Source: Sphingobacteriia bacterium
GTDB taxonomy: Bacteria; Bacteroidota; Bacteroidia; Bacteroidales; UBA7960
Assembly (NCBI GenBank): GCA_041642035.1
Contig: JBEPXC010000001.1
Span: 6,304-70,303, forward strand
DNA: 64,000 nucleotides
Direction: 5' to 3'
Under the pieces are notes generated by a model that was given only the letters and a program-made list of their open reading frames with translations, ran no database searches and had not been told where the DNA came from. A program made the position numbers and the translations under genes. This document shows, in pieces, positions 1-8,703 of this stretch; position 1 is the stretch's first letter, and each line of letters starts with the position of its first letter.

Positions 1-443
1 ATGGCCGAAAGATCAATGGCCTTGCGTTCGAGTAGGTCGATCAAACGCCCCGGAGTAGCTACTACAACATGTGTAGGGCGTCGCAGGTTTTTGATCTGAT
101 CATCTATTTTGGCTCCACCGTATACCGCCTCTACAAAAACCTTCTGGTCAGAAAAGCGGGTAAATTTAAAGAGCTGCCGGGCTATTTGCTGGCAAAGCTC
201 GCGGGTGGGAGAAAGAATTAAGGCCTGGGGAATATTTTTTTCGGGATTCATGGCATGCAAAATGGGCAAGCCAAAGGCAGCGGTCTTTCCGGTTCCGGTT
301 TGTGCCTGACCAATAAAATCAGTACCGGTTTCCATTAAGAATGGAATGGCCTTTAACTGGATTTCAGTAGGCTTTTTAATATTTAGTTCGTGTAAAGCCT
401 GTATAAAAGACCCGGAAACACCTAAATCAGAGAACGTTTTCAA
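1..443 (-). CDS. DEAD-box ATP-dependent RNA helicase, N-terminal part (gene continues beyond window start)
   Basis: Absent from the ORF track because it has a TTG start and is cut by the window edge. My minus-strand translation from TTG at 443 is (M)KTFSDLGVSGSFIQALHELNIKKPTEIQLKAIPFLMETGTDFIGQAQTGTGKTAAFGLPIL..ALILSPTRELCQQIA..VVATPGRLIDLL. This shows the Q-motif, motif I AQTGTGKT, motif Ia PTRELC and motif Ib TPGRL. Confidence 0.85.
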   Translation of the reverse strand, partial: MKTFSDLGVSGSFIQALHELNIKKPTEIQLKAIPFLMETGTDFIGQAQTGTGKTAAFGLPILHAMNPEKNIPQALILSPTRELCQQIARQLFKFTRFSDQKVFVEAVYGGAKIDDQIKNLRRPTHVVVATPGRLIDLLERKAIDLSA

Positions 444-470
444 AATAATAATGGTATAAAATTAGGGATG

Positions 471-478
471 CAAAGGTA
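471..478 (-). promoter_or_regulatory. Candidate Bacteroidota -7 promoter box (TACCTTTG on minus strand) for the helicase gene
   Basis: Plus strand reads caaaggta, which is TAccTTTG on the minus strand and fits TAnnTTTG. It lies about 28 nt upstream of the TTG start. A T-rich run about 19 nt further upstream could be the -33 element. Confidence 0.4.
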
Positions 479-506
479 GTTTAAAGGAGGATGAAAACCT
501 AATGTT

Positions 507-638
507 GAGGTCGAGGTCGAGGTCGAGGTTGAGGTTGAGGTCGAGGTTGAGGTTGAGGTTGAGGTTGAGGTTGAGGTTGAGGTTGAGGTTGAGGTTGAGG
601 TTGAGGTTGAGGTTGAGGCTGAGGCTGAGGTTGAGGCT
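507..638. repeat. Hexanucleotide tandem repeat (GAGGTY)x22, degenerating to GAGGCT at the 3' end
   Basis: Direct reading gives gaggtc x3, gaggtt x2, gaggtc, then a long run of gaggtt and a few gaggct units. That is 132 nt with strict 6-nt periodicity. It fills the space between the two divergent promoters. Confidence 0.95.
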
Positions 639-671
639 GAGATGAGGTAGAAAGATTTAAGCAAATCTTTG

Positions 672-679
672 TATCTTTG
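672..679 (+). promoter_or_regulatory. Candidate -7 promoter box (TATCTTTG) for the Rpn-family gene
   Basis: tatctttg fits TAnnTTTG and lies 18 nt upstream of the ATG at 697. Confidence 0.4.
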
Positions 680-696
680 CTTAAACAGCTAAGGCA

Positions 697-1677
697 ATGA
701 AAGACAGCATTACAATAAGGCATATGGATGAAGGTAAAAGCATTTTCATCAACCCTTTTACTGATTTTGGTTTCAAGAAAATATTCGGAGAAGAACCCAA
801 CAAAGACCTGTTGGTCGATTTTCTTAACGAACTCCTGCGCGACCAGAATTTGGTGATTGATAATCTTACTTATAAAAAAACGGATCGTTTGGGGATAAGT
901 GATATTGATCGCAACGTGGTATTTGATCTTTATTGCGAAAACGAAAAAGGGGAGAAATTTATCGTTGAAATGCAGAAAGCAAAACAAAGTTATTTCAAAG
1001 ACCGTACCCTGTTTTACTCTACCTTTCCCATTCAGGAACAGGCACTAAAAGGCAAAAGCTGGAATTATGAGTTGAAAGCTGTATTTGCTATAGCCCTGTT
1101 GGATTTCAGTTTTAATGATACGGAAAAAGAAAAACCTATACTCAATCATGTTCAGCTTATCGACAGACAATCATGCAAAGTTTTTTATGATAAGTTGACT
1201 TACATCTTTGTCCAATTTCCCAATTTCAACAAACGACTTGACGAACTGGAAACTCATCTTGACAAATGGTTGTATGTGCTTAAGCATATGGAAAAATTTG
1301 ATCGTATACCCGAAAAAATAAAAGACAAGATTTTTCAAAAAGTATTTAGGATTGCTGAATATCATAACCTAAGCAAAAAGGAACGTCAGGATTATGAAGA
1401 TAGCCTGAAATACTATCGTGATCTTAAAAATTCTCTCGATACAGCCGAACAGGAAGGTTATATTAAAGCCGAAAATCAATACAAGCCTCAATTGGAAGAA
1501 GAGCGCAAGCAGAAAGAGGAATCCATAAAACGAGAAGAGATAGCCAGACAAAAATTAATCCTTGCCGTTCAGAAGATGTATAAGAGGGGATTTAACATCG
1601 ATGAAATTGCAACAGACCTTTCGTTATCTAAAGAAGAGGTAAAGAATTTTCTTGACAAGAAGCAGAACGTACTCTGA
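697..1677 (+). CDS. Rpn-family recombination-promoting nuclease / PD-(D/E)XK putative transposase
   Basis: The N-terminus FINPFTDFGFKKIFGEEPNKDLLVDFLNELL and the EMQ core are the signature of the PDDEXK_2 / 'putative transposase or invertase' family common in Bacteroidota. The C-terminal tail is charged and coiled-coil-like. Confidence 0.8.
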   Translation: MKDSITIRHMDEGKSIFINPFTDFGFKKIFGEEPNKDLLVDFLNELLRDQNLVIDNLTYKKTDRLGISDIDRNVVFDLYCENEKGEKFIVEMQKAKQSYFKDRTLFYSTFPIQEQALKGKSWNYELKAVFAIALLDFSFNDTEKEKPILNHVQLIDRQSCKVFYDKLTYIFVQFPNFNKRLDELETHLDKWLYVLKHMEKFDRIPEKIKDKIFQKVFRIAEYHNLSKKERQDYEDSLKYYRDLKNSLDTAEQEGYIKAENQYKPQLEEERKQKEESIKREEIARQKLILAVQKMYKRGFNIDEIATDLSLSKEEVKNFLDKKQNVL

Positions 1678-1790
1678 TACCAGGGCAGCGGGATATTGCT
1701 AATATACGCTCTGTTTTAATTGGGGAATTTGATTGTTTTAGGTATTTTACAATCACAATTAATGATCGTAAAACCATCAAACCAACTTCC

Positions 1791-4727
1791 GTGCATACTG
1801 CTCACACATTTTACAGCCTCTTATATGGCACCCTCTCGCCCGAGGCATTGGTGGAAAACGCCGCTGCCCGGGGAATAGAAACCCTTGTGCTTACCGACAT
1901 CAACAACACCAGTGCAGTGTTTGATTTTGTAAAAGCATGCATCAAACACACCATCAAACCAGTGGTAGGTATGCAGGCGCGAAACGGCGACCAGCTGCTG
2001 TACACCTGTATTGCACGAAGTCACGAAGGTCTGCGCGAAATAAACCAGTTCCTTTCCGAATACAACCTGGCTCAAAAACCCCTACCTGACCAGGCTCCAC
2101 CTTTTGAGCATGTGTTTGTACTCTATCCTCCGGGCACCAAAGACCCGGGCATGCTGGCCGAACATGAGTTCCTGGGTATTGAACCTGCACAGGTAAGCCA
2201 GACCATCTACAAACTCTTTCAGGATTACCCGCATAAACTGGTGGCCCAATCTTCATCATGTTATACCCACCCCGATGATCATGCCCTGCACACCCATCTG
2301 CGTGCCATCGATCACAACATACTGCTCAGCCAGCTTACAGTGCAGATGCAGGCATCTCCAAATAGCGTACTCCATAGTCCCGACACCCTGCAAAAGCTCT
2401 ACCGCGACTGCCCTACCCTGCTGCACAATTCCGCAAAGCTGCTGGATCAGTGCAGCTTCGATTTTGATTTCAAGGCTCCGAAAAACAAAAAAGTATTCAC
2501 CTCCGACCGCTACAACGACCGCCTGCTCCTGAGCAAACTGGCTCTCGAAGGACTCGAATACCGCTACGGCCGCAACAACAAAGAGGCCATCAAGCGTATG
2601 CAAAAAGAACTCGAGGTGATCGACAAACTGGGCTTCTCATCGTATTTCCTCATCACCTGGGATATCATCCGCTACTCTATGTCCAGAGGCATGTACCATG
2701 TAGGCCGTGGCAGTGGCGGCAACAGCATAGTAGCCTACTGCCTGCGCATTACCGATATCGACCCCATTGAGCTCGACCTCTATTTCGAGCGTTTCATCAA
2801 CCCACAACGCACCAGTCCGCCCGATTTCGACATCGACTACTCCTGGCAGGACCGCGACCACATACAGGACTACATCTTCAAACGCTACGGCCGCCATCAT
2901 ACCGCACTGCTGGGCACCATTAACACCTTTCGCGATCGCTCAGTGATTCGTGAAATGAGTAAGGTATACGGCTTACCCAAACATGAGATTGATGCCCTGG
3001 TAAAAAACCCCACCACGGCCAAAGGAGACCCCGTAGTAGAAAAAATTCTCTCCTACGGTGCCCGTATCCTGGATTTCCCCAACCACCGGAGCATTCACGC
3101 CGGAGGCGTGCTGGTGTCGGAAAAGCCAATCTACTACTACACGGCTCTCGACCTCCCCCCTAAGGGTTTCCCTTCTACCCAGTGGGATATGTATGTTGCC
3201 GAAGACATCGGGTTTGAAAAGCTCGATATCCTGAGTCAGCGGGGCATTGCCCATATACAGGAAGGGGCAGAACTGGTGCAGCAGAACAAAGGGATCAAAA
3301 TTGATGTACATCAGGTGGACAAGTTTAAGAAAGACCCTGAAATAAACCAACGGCTGTATCATGGTGAGGCTATTGGCTGCTTCTATATTGAATCACCGGC
3401 CATGCGCCAGTTGCTCAAAAAGCTCAAATGCAACGATTACATCCGCCTGGTGGCTGCCAGTTCCATCATCAGGCCGGGGGTGGCCAAATCGGGCATGATG
3501 CGCGAATACATCAAGCGGTTTCACAACCCCGATAGTGTTAAATACCTGCACCCCACCTTTGAGCAACACCTGGGCGAGACCTATGGTGTGATGGTTTACC
3601 AGGAAGATGTGATCAAGATCAGCCATCATTTTGCCGGACTGGGACTCGACGACAGCGACATCCTACGAAGGGCAATGTCGGGCAAGTTTCGCTCCAGGAC
3701 AGAGTTTCAGCGTATCCGCGACAATTATTTTGAATCCTGCAAACAGAAAGGACACCCGCAGGCGCTGAGCGAGGAAGTATGGCGACAGATAGAATCCTTC
3801 TCCGGCTATGCATTCTGCAAGGCACACTCGGCCTCGTATGCCGTGGAGAGCTACCAGAGTCTTTTCCTGAAAACCTATTATCCCGATGAGTTTCATGTGG
3901 CGGTAATCAACAATTTTGGTGGATTTTACAATACCCGGGTATATGTAAATGAAGCCCGCCGCTTTGGCGCCACCATTCACCTGCCCTGCATCAACCACAG
4001 CGTAAGCAAAACAAGCCTTCGCAACCGGGATGTTTACCTGGGCTGGCAACACATCAAAGGGTTAGACACAAGCCTTGCCATAGCCTTATGCCGTGAAAGA
4101 GAACAAAACGGCCTCTACAAAAGTCTTCAGGATTTCATAAAGCGCACCGCCCCGGGCATAGAACAGCTGCTGTTGCTCATCCGTTGCAATGCATTTCGTT
4201 TTTGCGGCAAAACCAAGAAGGAGCTGATGTGGGAAGCTCATTTCCTGCTGGCAAAACAACCGCAGCGACAAGCAACACCCGCTATTTTCGAACAGGAAGA
4301 AAAGACCTTCCAGCTGCCACCCCTGCAGCACAATGCCCTCGAAGATGCCTACGACGAAATGGAGTTGCTGGGCTTTCCCCTCACGCTCTCGCGCTTTGAT
4401 ATGCTCAAAACAAACTATCGCGGAGACACCCATGCCTCGGAACTGATGGTTAAACTGGGACGAAAAGTTCGTATGCTGGGCGATCTCGTTACCATTAAGT
4501 ATGTGCATACGGTAAAAAAAGAGTGGATGCATTTTGGCTGCTTCTTTGATGAGAAAGGAGAGTTTTTTGACACGGTGCACTTCCCTCCTTCGCTCAGGCA
4601 ATTCCCCTTCACAGGCCAGGGGGTGTATCTTATTGAAGGCAAGGTAGTGGAAGAATTCGGATATCCCTCGGTGCAGGTGGAGAAACTGGGAAGGCTGCCG
4701 TTTAAAGCAGACCAAAGAATGGAGTGA
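1791..4727 (+). CDS. DNA polymerase III alpha-subunit family, short (978 aa) DnaE2/ImuC-like error-prone polymerase
   Basis: GTG start. PHP-domain N-terminus HTAHTFYSLLYGTLSPEALVENAAARGIETLVLTDINN, then the polymerase core (GRGSGGNSIVAYCLRITDIDP, FERFINPQRTSPPDFDIDY, VMVYQEDV, FCKAHSASYA). The length fits DnaE2/ImuC rather than replicative DnaE (about 1200 aa). Confidence 0.85.
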   Translation: MHTAHTFYSLLYGTLSPEALVENAAARGIETLVLTDINNTSAVFDFVKACIKHTIKPVVGMQARNGDQLLYTCIARSHEGLREINQFLSEYNLAQKPLPDQAPPFEHVFVLYPPGTKDPGMLAEHEFLGIEPAQVSQTIYKLFQDYPHKLVAQSSSCYTHPDDHALHTHLRAIDHNILLSQLTVQMQASPNSVLHSPDTLQKLYRDCPTLLHNSAKLLDQCSFDFDFKAPKNKKVFTSDRYNDRLLLSKLALEGLEYRYGRNNKEAIKRMQKELEVIDKLGFSSYFLITWDIIRYSMSRGMYHVGRGSGGNSIVAYCLRITDIDPIELDLYFERFINPQRTSPPDFDIDYSWQDRDHIQDYIFKRYGRHHTALLGTINTFRDRSVIREMSKVYGLPKHEIDALVKNPTTAKGDPVVEKILSYGARILDFPNHRSIHAGGVLVSEKPIYYYTALDLPPKGFPSTQWDMYVAEDIGFEKLDILSQRGIAHIQEGAELVQQNKGIKIDVHQVDKFKKDPEINQRLYHGEAIGCFYIESPAMRQLLKKLKCNDYIRLVAASSIIRPGVAKSGMMREYIKRFHNPDSVKYLHPTFEQHLGETYGVMVYQEDVIKISHHFAGLGLDDSDILRRAMSGKFRSRTEFQRIRDNYFESCKQKGHPQALSEEVWRQIESFSGYAFCKAHSASYAVESYQSLFLKTYYPDEFHVAVINNFGGFYNTRVYVNEARRFGATIHLPCINHSVSKTSLRNRDVYLGWQHIKGLDTSLAIALCREREQNGLYKSLQDFIKRTAPGIEQLLLLIRCNAFRFCGKTKKELMWEAHFLLAKQPQRQATPAIFEQEEKTFQLPPLQHNALEDAYDEMELLGFPLTLSRFDMLKTNYRGDTHASELMVKLGRKVRMLGDLVTIKYVHTVKKEWMHFGCFFDEKGEFFDTVHFPPSLRQFPFTGQGVYLIEGKVVEEFGYPSVQVEKLGRLPFKADQRME

Positions 4728-4736
4728 CATGCTGGG

Positions 4737-5022
4737 ATCTCACGCCCCTCTTTGGTGCGTAAGATGCAAATAATGATAGAGGGTGAGCAGGATTAAAGAT
4801 TCTACATATTCATATCTTTCTTCTACTTTTCCCTTAATGGAAAAGTAGCAAAAGATCAAGGCTGCCGATATTTTCCGACAAGTCTGAAGTTCACTCCGCT
4901 GGAAGTTTGAATGTCCCGCAAACTAAATTTTATTCATTGAACTTTATCTCGTGCTTTGCGGAACTGCAAACTTCCCAAAAAGCTCCGTTTCACTTCGACT
5001 TGTTACCGGAAAAGATCGAAGG
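4737..5022 (-). repeat. Composite structured repeat, family D, copy 1 (inverted relative to copy 2 at 17052-17462)
   Basis: The reverse complement aligns by eye with 17052-17462. Shared blocks are ccggtaacaagtc..agtgaaacggagcttttt, aagtttgcagttccgcaa, tttgcgg.acattcaaactt..agcggagtgaactt.agacttgtcgg, and a perfect 10-bp hairpin ctacttttcc/ggaaaagtag. Confidence 0.8.
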
Positions 5023-5064
5023 CCGGAAAGGGGGCAGTGCAATTAAAATCTGTGTTATCTATTT

Positions 5065-5224
5065 AATCTGTGGTTAAATAATGATCTCTTCTTTGGCAAT
5101 GCCTGACGCCACAAACCAGCACTGCACCCTTCCCTCCCTTCCTGAATCGCTGTTCAGGATGACCGGGAGGGTCCCCGAAGGGGGGTTGGGTCAAAATCTG
5201 TGGTTAAAAAATGATCTCTTCTTT
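5065..5224. repeat. 30-bp direct repeat pair (5065-5094, 5195-5224) flanking a 100-bp family C hairpin module
   Basis: aatctgtggttaaataatgatctcttcttt versus aatctgtggttaaaaaatgatctcttcttt (29/30 identical). The segment between them holds cccttccctcccttcctgaatcgctgttcaggatgaccgggaggg, which recurs at 14640-14770, 16905-16965, 17455-17500 and 21225-21315. Confidence 0.85.
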
Positions 5225-5314
5225 TAGAATTCAACTTGAAAATGGGTCATAAATAAACTAACTTTGCTTCTATCAGCAATGTCCAATTACTATTTGACAA
5301 TCATTACAAATGCA

Positions 5315-5524
5315 ATGAAAACAGATGATATAATTCTGGTAAAACCAGCCAACAAGAAAGAGATGGATGTAATAGTAGCTTTTCTGAACGCATTAAATAT
5401 TGAATTTAAAGCTGCAGAAGAGAGTCTGTATGATCAGGAGTTTGTTGACAAGATCAATAAAAGCAGACAACAGGTGAAAGAAGGGAAGACTGTAAAAATA
5501 TCGCTTGATGACATATGGAAATAG
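5315..5524 (+). CDS. Small putative antitoxin-like protein (about 69 aa from the ATG at 5315; the track ORF starts at 5264)
   Basis: MKTDDIILVKPANKKEMDVIVAFLNALNIEFK..YDQEFVDKINKSRQQVKEGKTVKISLDDIWK resembles the small partner proteins encoded upstream of YoeB/RelE-like toxins in Bacteroidota. Its stop overlaps the ATG of a toxin-like remnant (ATGGAAATAG). Confidence 0.5.
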   Translation: MKTDDIILVKPANKKEMDVIVAFLNALNIEFKAAEESLYDQEFVDKINKSRQQVKEGKTVKISLDDIWK

Positions 5525-5562
5525 AATATGCAGAACAGGCTGCTGAAGATTTAAAGTATTGA
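5515..5562 (+). pseudogene. Remnant of a YoeB/Txe-RelE-like toxin gene (first 15 codons only)
   Basis: MEIEYAEQAAEDLKY then TGA. Intact family members read ..DLKYW(KK), so the stop sits where TGG is expected. Downstream sequence shows no further similarity. Confidence 0.4.
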
Positions 5563-5949
5563 AATAAAACGCATGTGAAAATCCTTCCGCACAGAATAGC
5601 TACTACCTACAATATAATCCATATCTTATTTTATAGTCAATTTTGTCAATATTTCACTTAATTTATCCTTAAGTAAATATTTTCCCTGCTTAGTCTTGGC
5701 CTGGCTATGGTTACCTGCCTGATAATGATGTATCTTCTGGGCCTGAACATCTCATAAATACACTCTATACGCCCAAGGCTGTGTACACCCGACTCTAATC
5801 CTTATCCGACTGTCCTCTCCCGAACACCAGATGTTCATTATCAGTCACTTTACCCCTCAGGTATAATTTATTAAAATCCTACATTATAATATATTATGTG
5901 TTTTGGCATAATATTTATGTGCTCTATTGCTAAAAAAAGCAAAATTCCA

Positions 5950-8358
5950 ATGGTAAAATATAACGTAGGATTGGCCTTTCGCAATCTAAGGAACAAAGGG
6001 GGCTATTATGCCATTAACATAACCGGACTGGCCATTGGACTGGCCGCCTGTTTAATGATCACGCATTATGTAAAGTTTCACGAGAGCTTCGACACCTATC
6101 AGCCCGACAGTGAAAACATTTACCGCATACAATACTCCCGATGGTCGGAAGAAGGGGGCGACAGAGTGGAGTTTGCTTCTGCAACGCCCATCATTGGTAA
6201 GGCCATGAAAGAAAACATTCCCGGCATTGAAATGCAGGGACAGGCCTTCAGGCAAGAAGGCGTTTACTCACATGAGGATCGTTTTTTTGAGGAAACACGC
6301 GCCTTTTATGCCGAAACCGACCTGCTTACCTTGTTGGGAATCAATATCGTGGAGGGAGAAAAAATTAATGTGCTCGACAGGCCGGCAACAGCAGCCTTAT
6401 CCCAATCAGCAGCCCGGAAATATTTCGGCAACGAAGCGGCCATAGGCAAAACCTTCTATCACAACAACAGGGATCTTTACGAAGTCGTGTCGGTGTTTGA
6501 AGACATCCCGGCCAACAGCCACTTCAAGGCAGATATACTCATGTCTATGGAAACCTGGAAACAGCGCAATCCCAACCTGTTTCAGCAAGGCTATATCTAC
6601 AGCGGGTTTTACAACTACATAAAACTGAGCGAGAATGCCCTTCCGGATAGCATCTATCAAAAAACGGCACAATATGTAGAAAAAGAATACGGAGAAGCAT
6701 TGCAGGCGGGCAAGCTTAAAATGGGTTTTGAGTTACAACCCCTGGAGGATATTCATCTGCATTCGCATCTGATGCATGAGCTGGAACTAAATGGCAATGC
6801 CGCTTCCATAAGCTATCTTAAAATCATCGCCTGGTTCATACTGATCATCGCCTGGGTAAATTTCTTTAATCTTTCTACCATTACCTCCATCAGAAGGTTG
6901 AGAGAGATAACCATCAGAAAAGTCAACGGAGCATCCCGATGGCAGCTGTTGGTTCAACTACTCACCGAATCGGCAGTCATAAACCTCTTTGCCATTTTCG
7001 TGGCCCTGCTGTTGTTTGAGAGCATATCACCGGCATTTTTTAATTTCACTGATCTGCCCGCCAGCACTCCGGTGTGGAACCAACGGTGGGTTTACTATCT
7101 ACTCATCTTTGCCTTTATTGTAGGCACTTTCTCGGCAGGGGTGTATTCGGTAACCGGAATTCCTTCTTCGCGACTGACCGAAATGCTAAAGGGAGCAACC
7201 AACTCCGTCAGGGGTAAAAGAACCATGCGCAAAGTGCTGCTTACCATACAGTTTGTCATTGCCATCGGACTTATAGCGGGCACCATTACCATTTTCCGGC
7301 AATATGCCCTTATCTCCGGCCAATCGCCCGGGTTTAGACTCGAAAATATGATGGTTATGAATGCCCCTTTACTCCAGGATTCGGTTGCTCTAAGCAAGTT
7401 TCAGGCTATGAAAAAGGAATTATCGCAAATTCCTGAGCTTACAGGGGTAGCCTATTCGTCTATCATACCCGGCAAGCCCAATATGTATAATCGTGGCGGC
7501 GTTTACCAGTACGGGCAGGATTACACCTCAGGTAAAAACTACAGAATAACCGACACCGACGAAAACTTCTTTAAGGTATATGGCATAAAGATTCTTGCCG
7601 GGGAAGATTTTACCGGTTATGCCGATATCGACCGGCAAAGGATTTTAATGAATGCCTATGGTGCACAGTGGATGGGCTTCGAAAGCATTGATGATGCCGT
7701 GGGCAAACAAATCGTGCTGGAAAATGAAGTACTCACCATCTCAGGTATAGTAGACGATTTCCATCAGTTAACTCCAAGGGAGGCCATTGAACCCCAGATA
7801 TTTCGTATCCCTAGGAGACATAAAGGTTATCTTACTGCCGGATTGACTACACACGATCATAATGTAGTCAAAGAGAAAGTGGAGAAAATATACAGCTCTT
7901 TTTTTCCTGCCAGTCCATTTGAAACCTTTCTCCTGGAAGACTTTTATAACAGCCAAAACCTAGGAGAAAAGAGATTTGGCGTGGTATTTCTGTTGTTTTC
8001 CATCCTGGTGATTTTAATCACCATCCTGGGATTGATGGGCCTGGCAGCCTATACGGCAGAGCAAAAGCGCAAAGAGATAGGCATCCGTAAAGTGTTGGGC
8101 GCAAATTCGCTCAGCATTTTCCAGCTTCTGTTTAAAGATTATATTTACTTGTGGATATTGGGAGCGGCCGTGGCTCTTCCAACCGCGTATATACTGGTAG
8201 AAAAATGGCTCGATTCGTATGCGGTTCGTATCTCACCCGATTACTGGTTTTATGTTATTCCACTTACCATCGTAATCGTGGTAGCACTAACAACCGTATT
8301 CCTTCAATCCATGAAGCTTCTTAAGATGAATCCTGCAGAGAATATCAGGACAGAATAA
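5950..8358 (+). CDS. ABC transporter permease, FtsX/MacB-type (two FtsX domains)
   Basis: MVKYNVGLAFRNLRNKGGYYAINITGLAIGLA is a typical N-terminus. The C-terminal block is KEIGIRKVLGAN. About 800 aa. The track ORF starts at 5896, but the ATG at 5950 fits the family N-terminus. Confidence 0.85.
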   Translation: MVKYNVGLAFRNLRNKGGYYAINITGLAIGLAACLMITHYVKFHESFDTYQPDSENIYRIQYSRWSEEGGDRVEFASATPIIGKAMKENIPGIEMQGQAFRQEGVYSHEDRFFEETRAFYAETDLLTLLGINIVEGEKINVLDRPATAALSQSAARKYFGNEAAIGKTFYHNNRDLYEVVSVFEDIPANSHFKADILMSMETWKQRNPNLFQQGYIYSGFYNYIKLSENALPDSIYQKTAQYVEKEYGEALQAGKLKMGFELQPLEDIHLHSHLMHELELNGNAASISYLKIIAWFILIIAWVNFFNLSTITSIRRLREITIRKVNGASRWQLLVQLLTESAVINLFAIFVALLLFESISPAFFNFTDLPASTPVWNQRWVYYLLIFAFIVGTFSAGVYSVTGIPSSRLTEMLKGATNSVRGKRTMRKVLLTIQFVIAIGLIAGTITIFRQYALISGQSPGFRLENMMVMNAPLLQDSVALSKFQAMKKELSQIPELTGVAYSSIIPGKPNMYNRGGVYQYGQDYTSGKNYRITDTDENFFKVYGIKILAGEDFTGYADIDRQRILMNAYGAQWMGFESIDDAVGKQIVLENEVLTISGIVDDFHQLTPREAIEPQIFRIPRRHKGYLTAGLTTHDHNVVKEKVEKIYSSFFPASPFETFLLEDFYNSQNLGEKRFGVVFLLFSILVILITILGLMGLAAYTAEQKRKEIGIRKVLGANSLSIFQLLFKDYIYLWILGAAVALPTAYILVEKWLDSYAVRISPDYWFYVIPLTIVIVVALTTVFLQSMKLLKMNPAENIRTE

Positions 8359-8640
8359 TACTGCAATGGCCAGGTATTATCGTTTTTTTCTAACGAACAG
8401 GGATAACTTTACCCTATTGGAGCATTAGATTATAGACAAAAAGGCAGACGTGTCGCTGATCAAAAAAGAGGTTAATGGCCTTAGGGTTATTGGTGATCGG
8501 GAGAGGCACAAGCCGGGGAGACAAAATTTATCGTGCGCTGGCCTAGATTTGTTGCCGCATTGCATGATTGATTTGCCCTGGTTGCAACCCCTCCATTCAT
8601 CAAAGTTCATTTTCACTTTTACTTGTTCTTAATAAATTAG

Positions 8641-8648
8641 TATTTTTG
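8641..8648 (+). promoter_or_regulatory. Candidate -7 promoter box (TATTTTTG) for nadABC
   Basis: Fits TAnnTTTG and lies 56 nt upstream of the nadA ATG. A TTG sits about 15-18 nt upstream of the box. Confidence 0.35.
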
Positions 8649-8703
8649 CTCCCTGATTTAGGGCAGAGAATGGTAATCTGCCTTTGTAGTTTAAAGTAAG
8701 AAA

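Noticed and set aside
440-987. Track ORFs 440-664 (-) and 499-987 (-), with STSTST and PQPQPQ runs
   Set aside because: They exist only because the hexanucleotide repeat is open in all frames. They are low-complexity, overlap the Rpn gene antisense, and have no start context.
8400-8640. Possible NAD-related riboswitch upstream of nadA (a CAACCCC word at about 8587-8593 recalls the nadA-motif class I NAD+ riboswitch)
   Set aside because: There is only one such word instead of the tandem bulged-stem domains. That RNA class is known from Acidobacteria. A good -7 box at 8641-8648 places most of this region upstream of the likely transcription start. A cmscan against Rfam would settle it.
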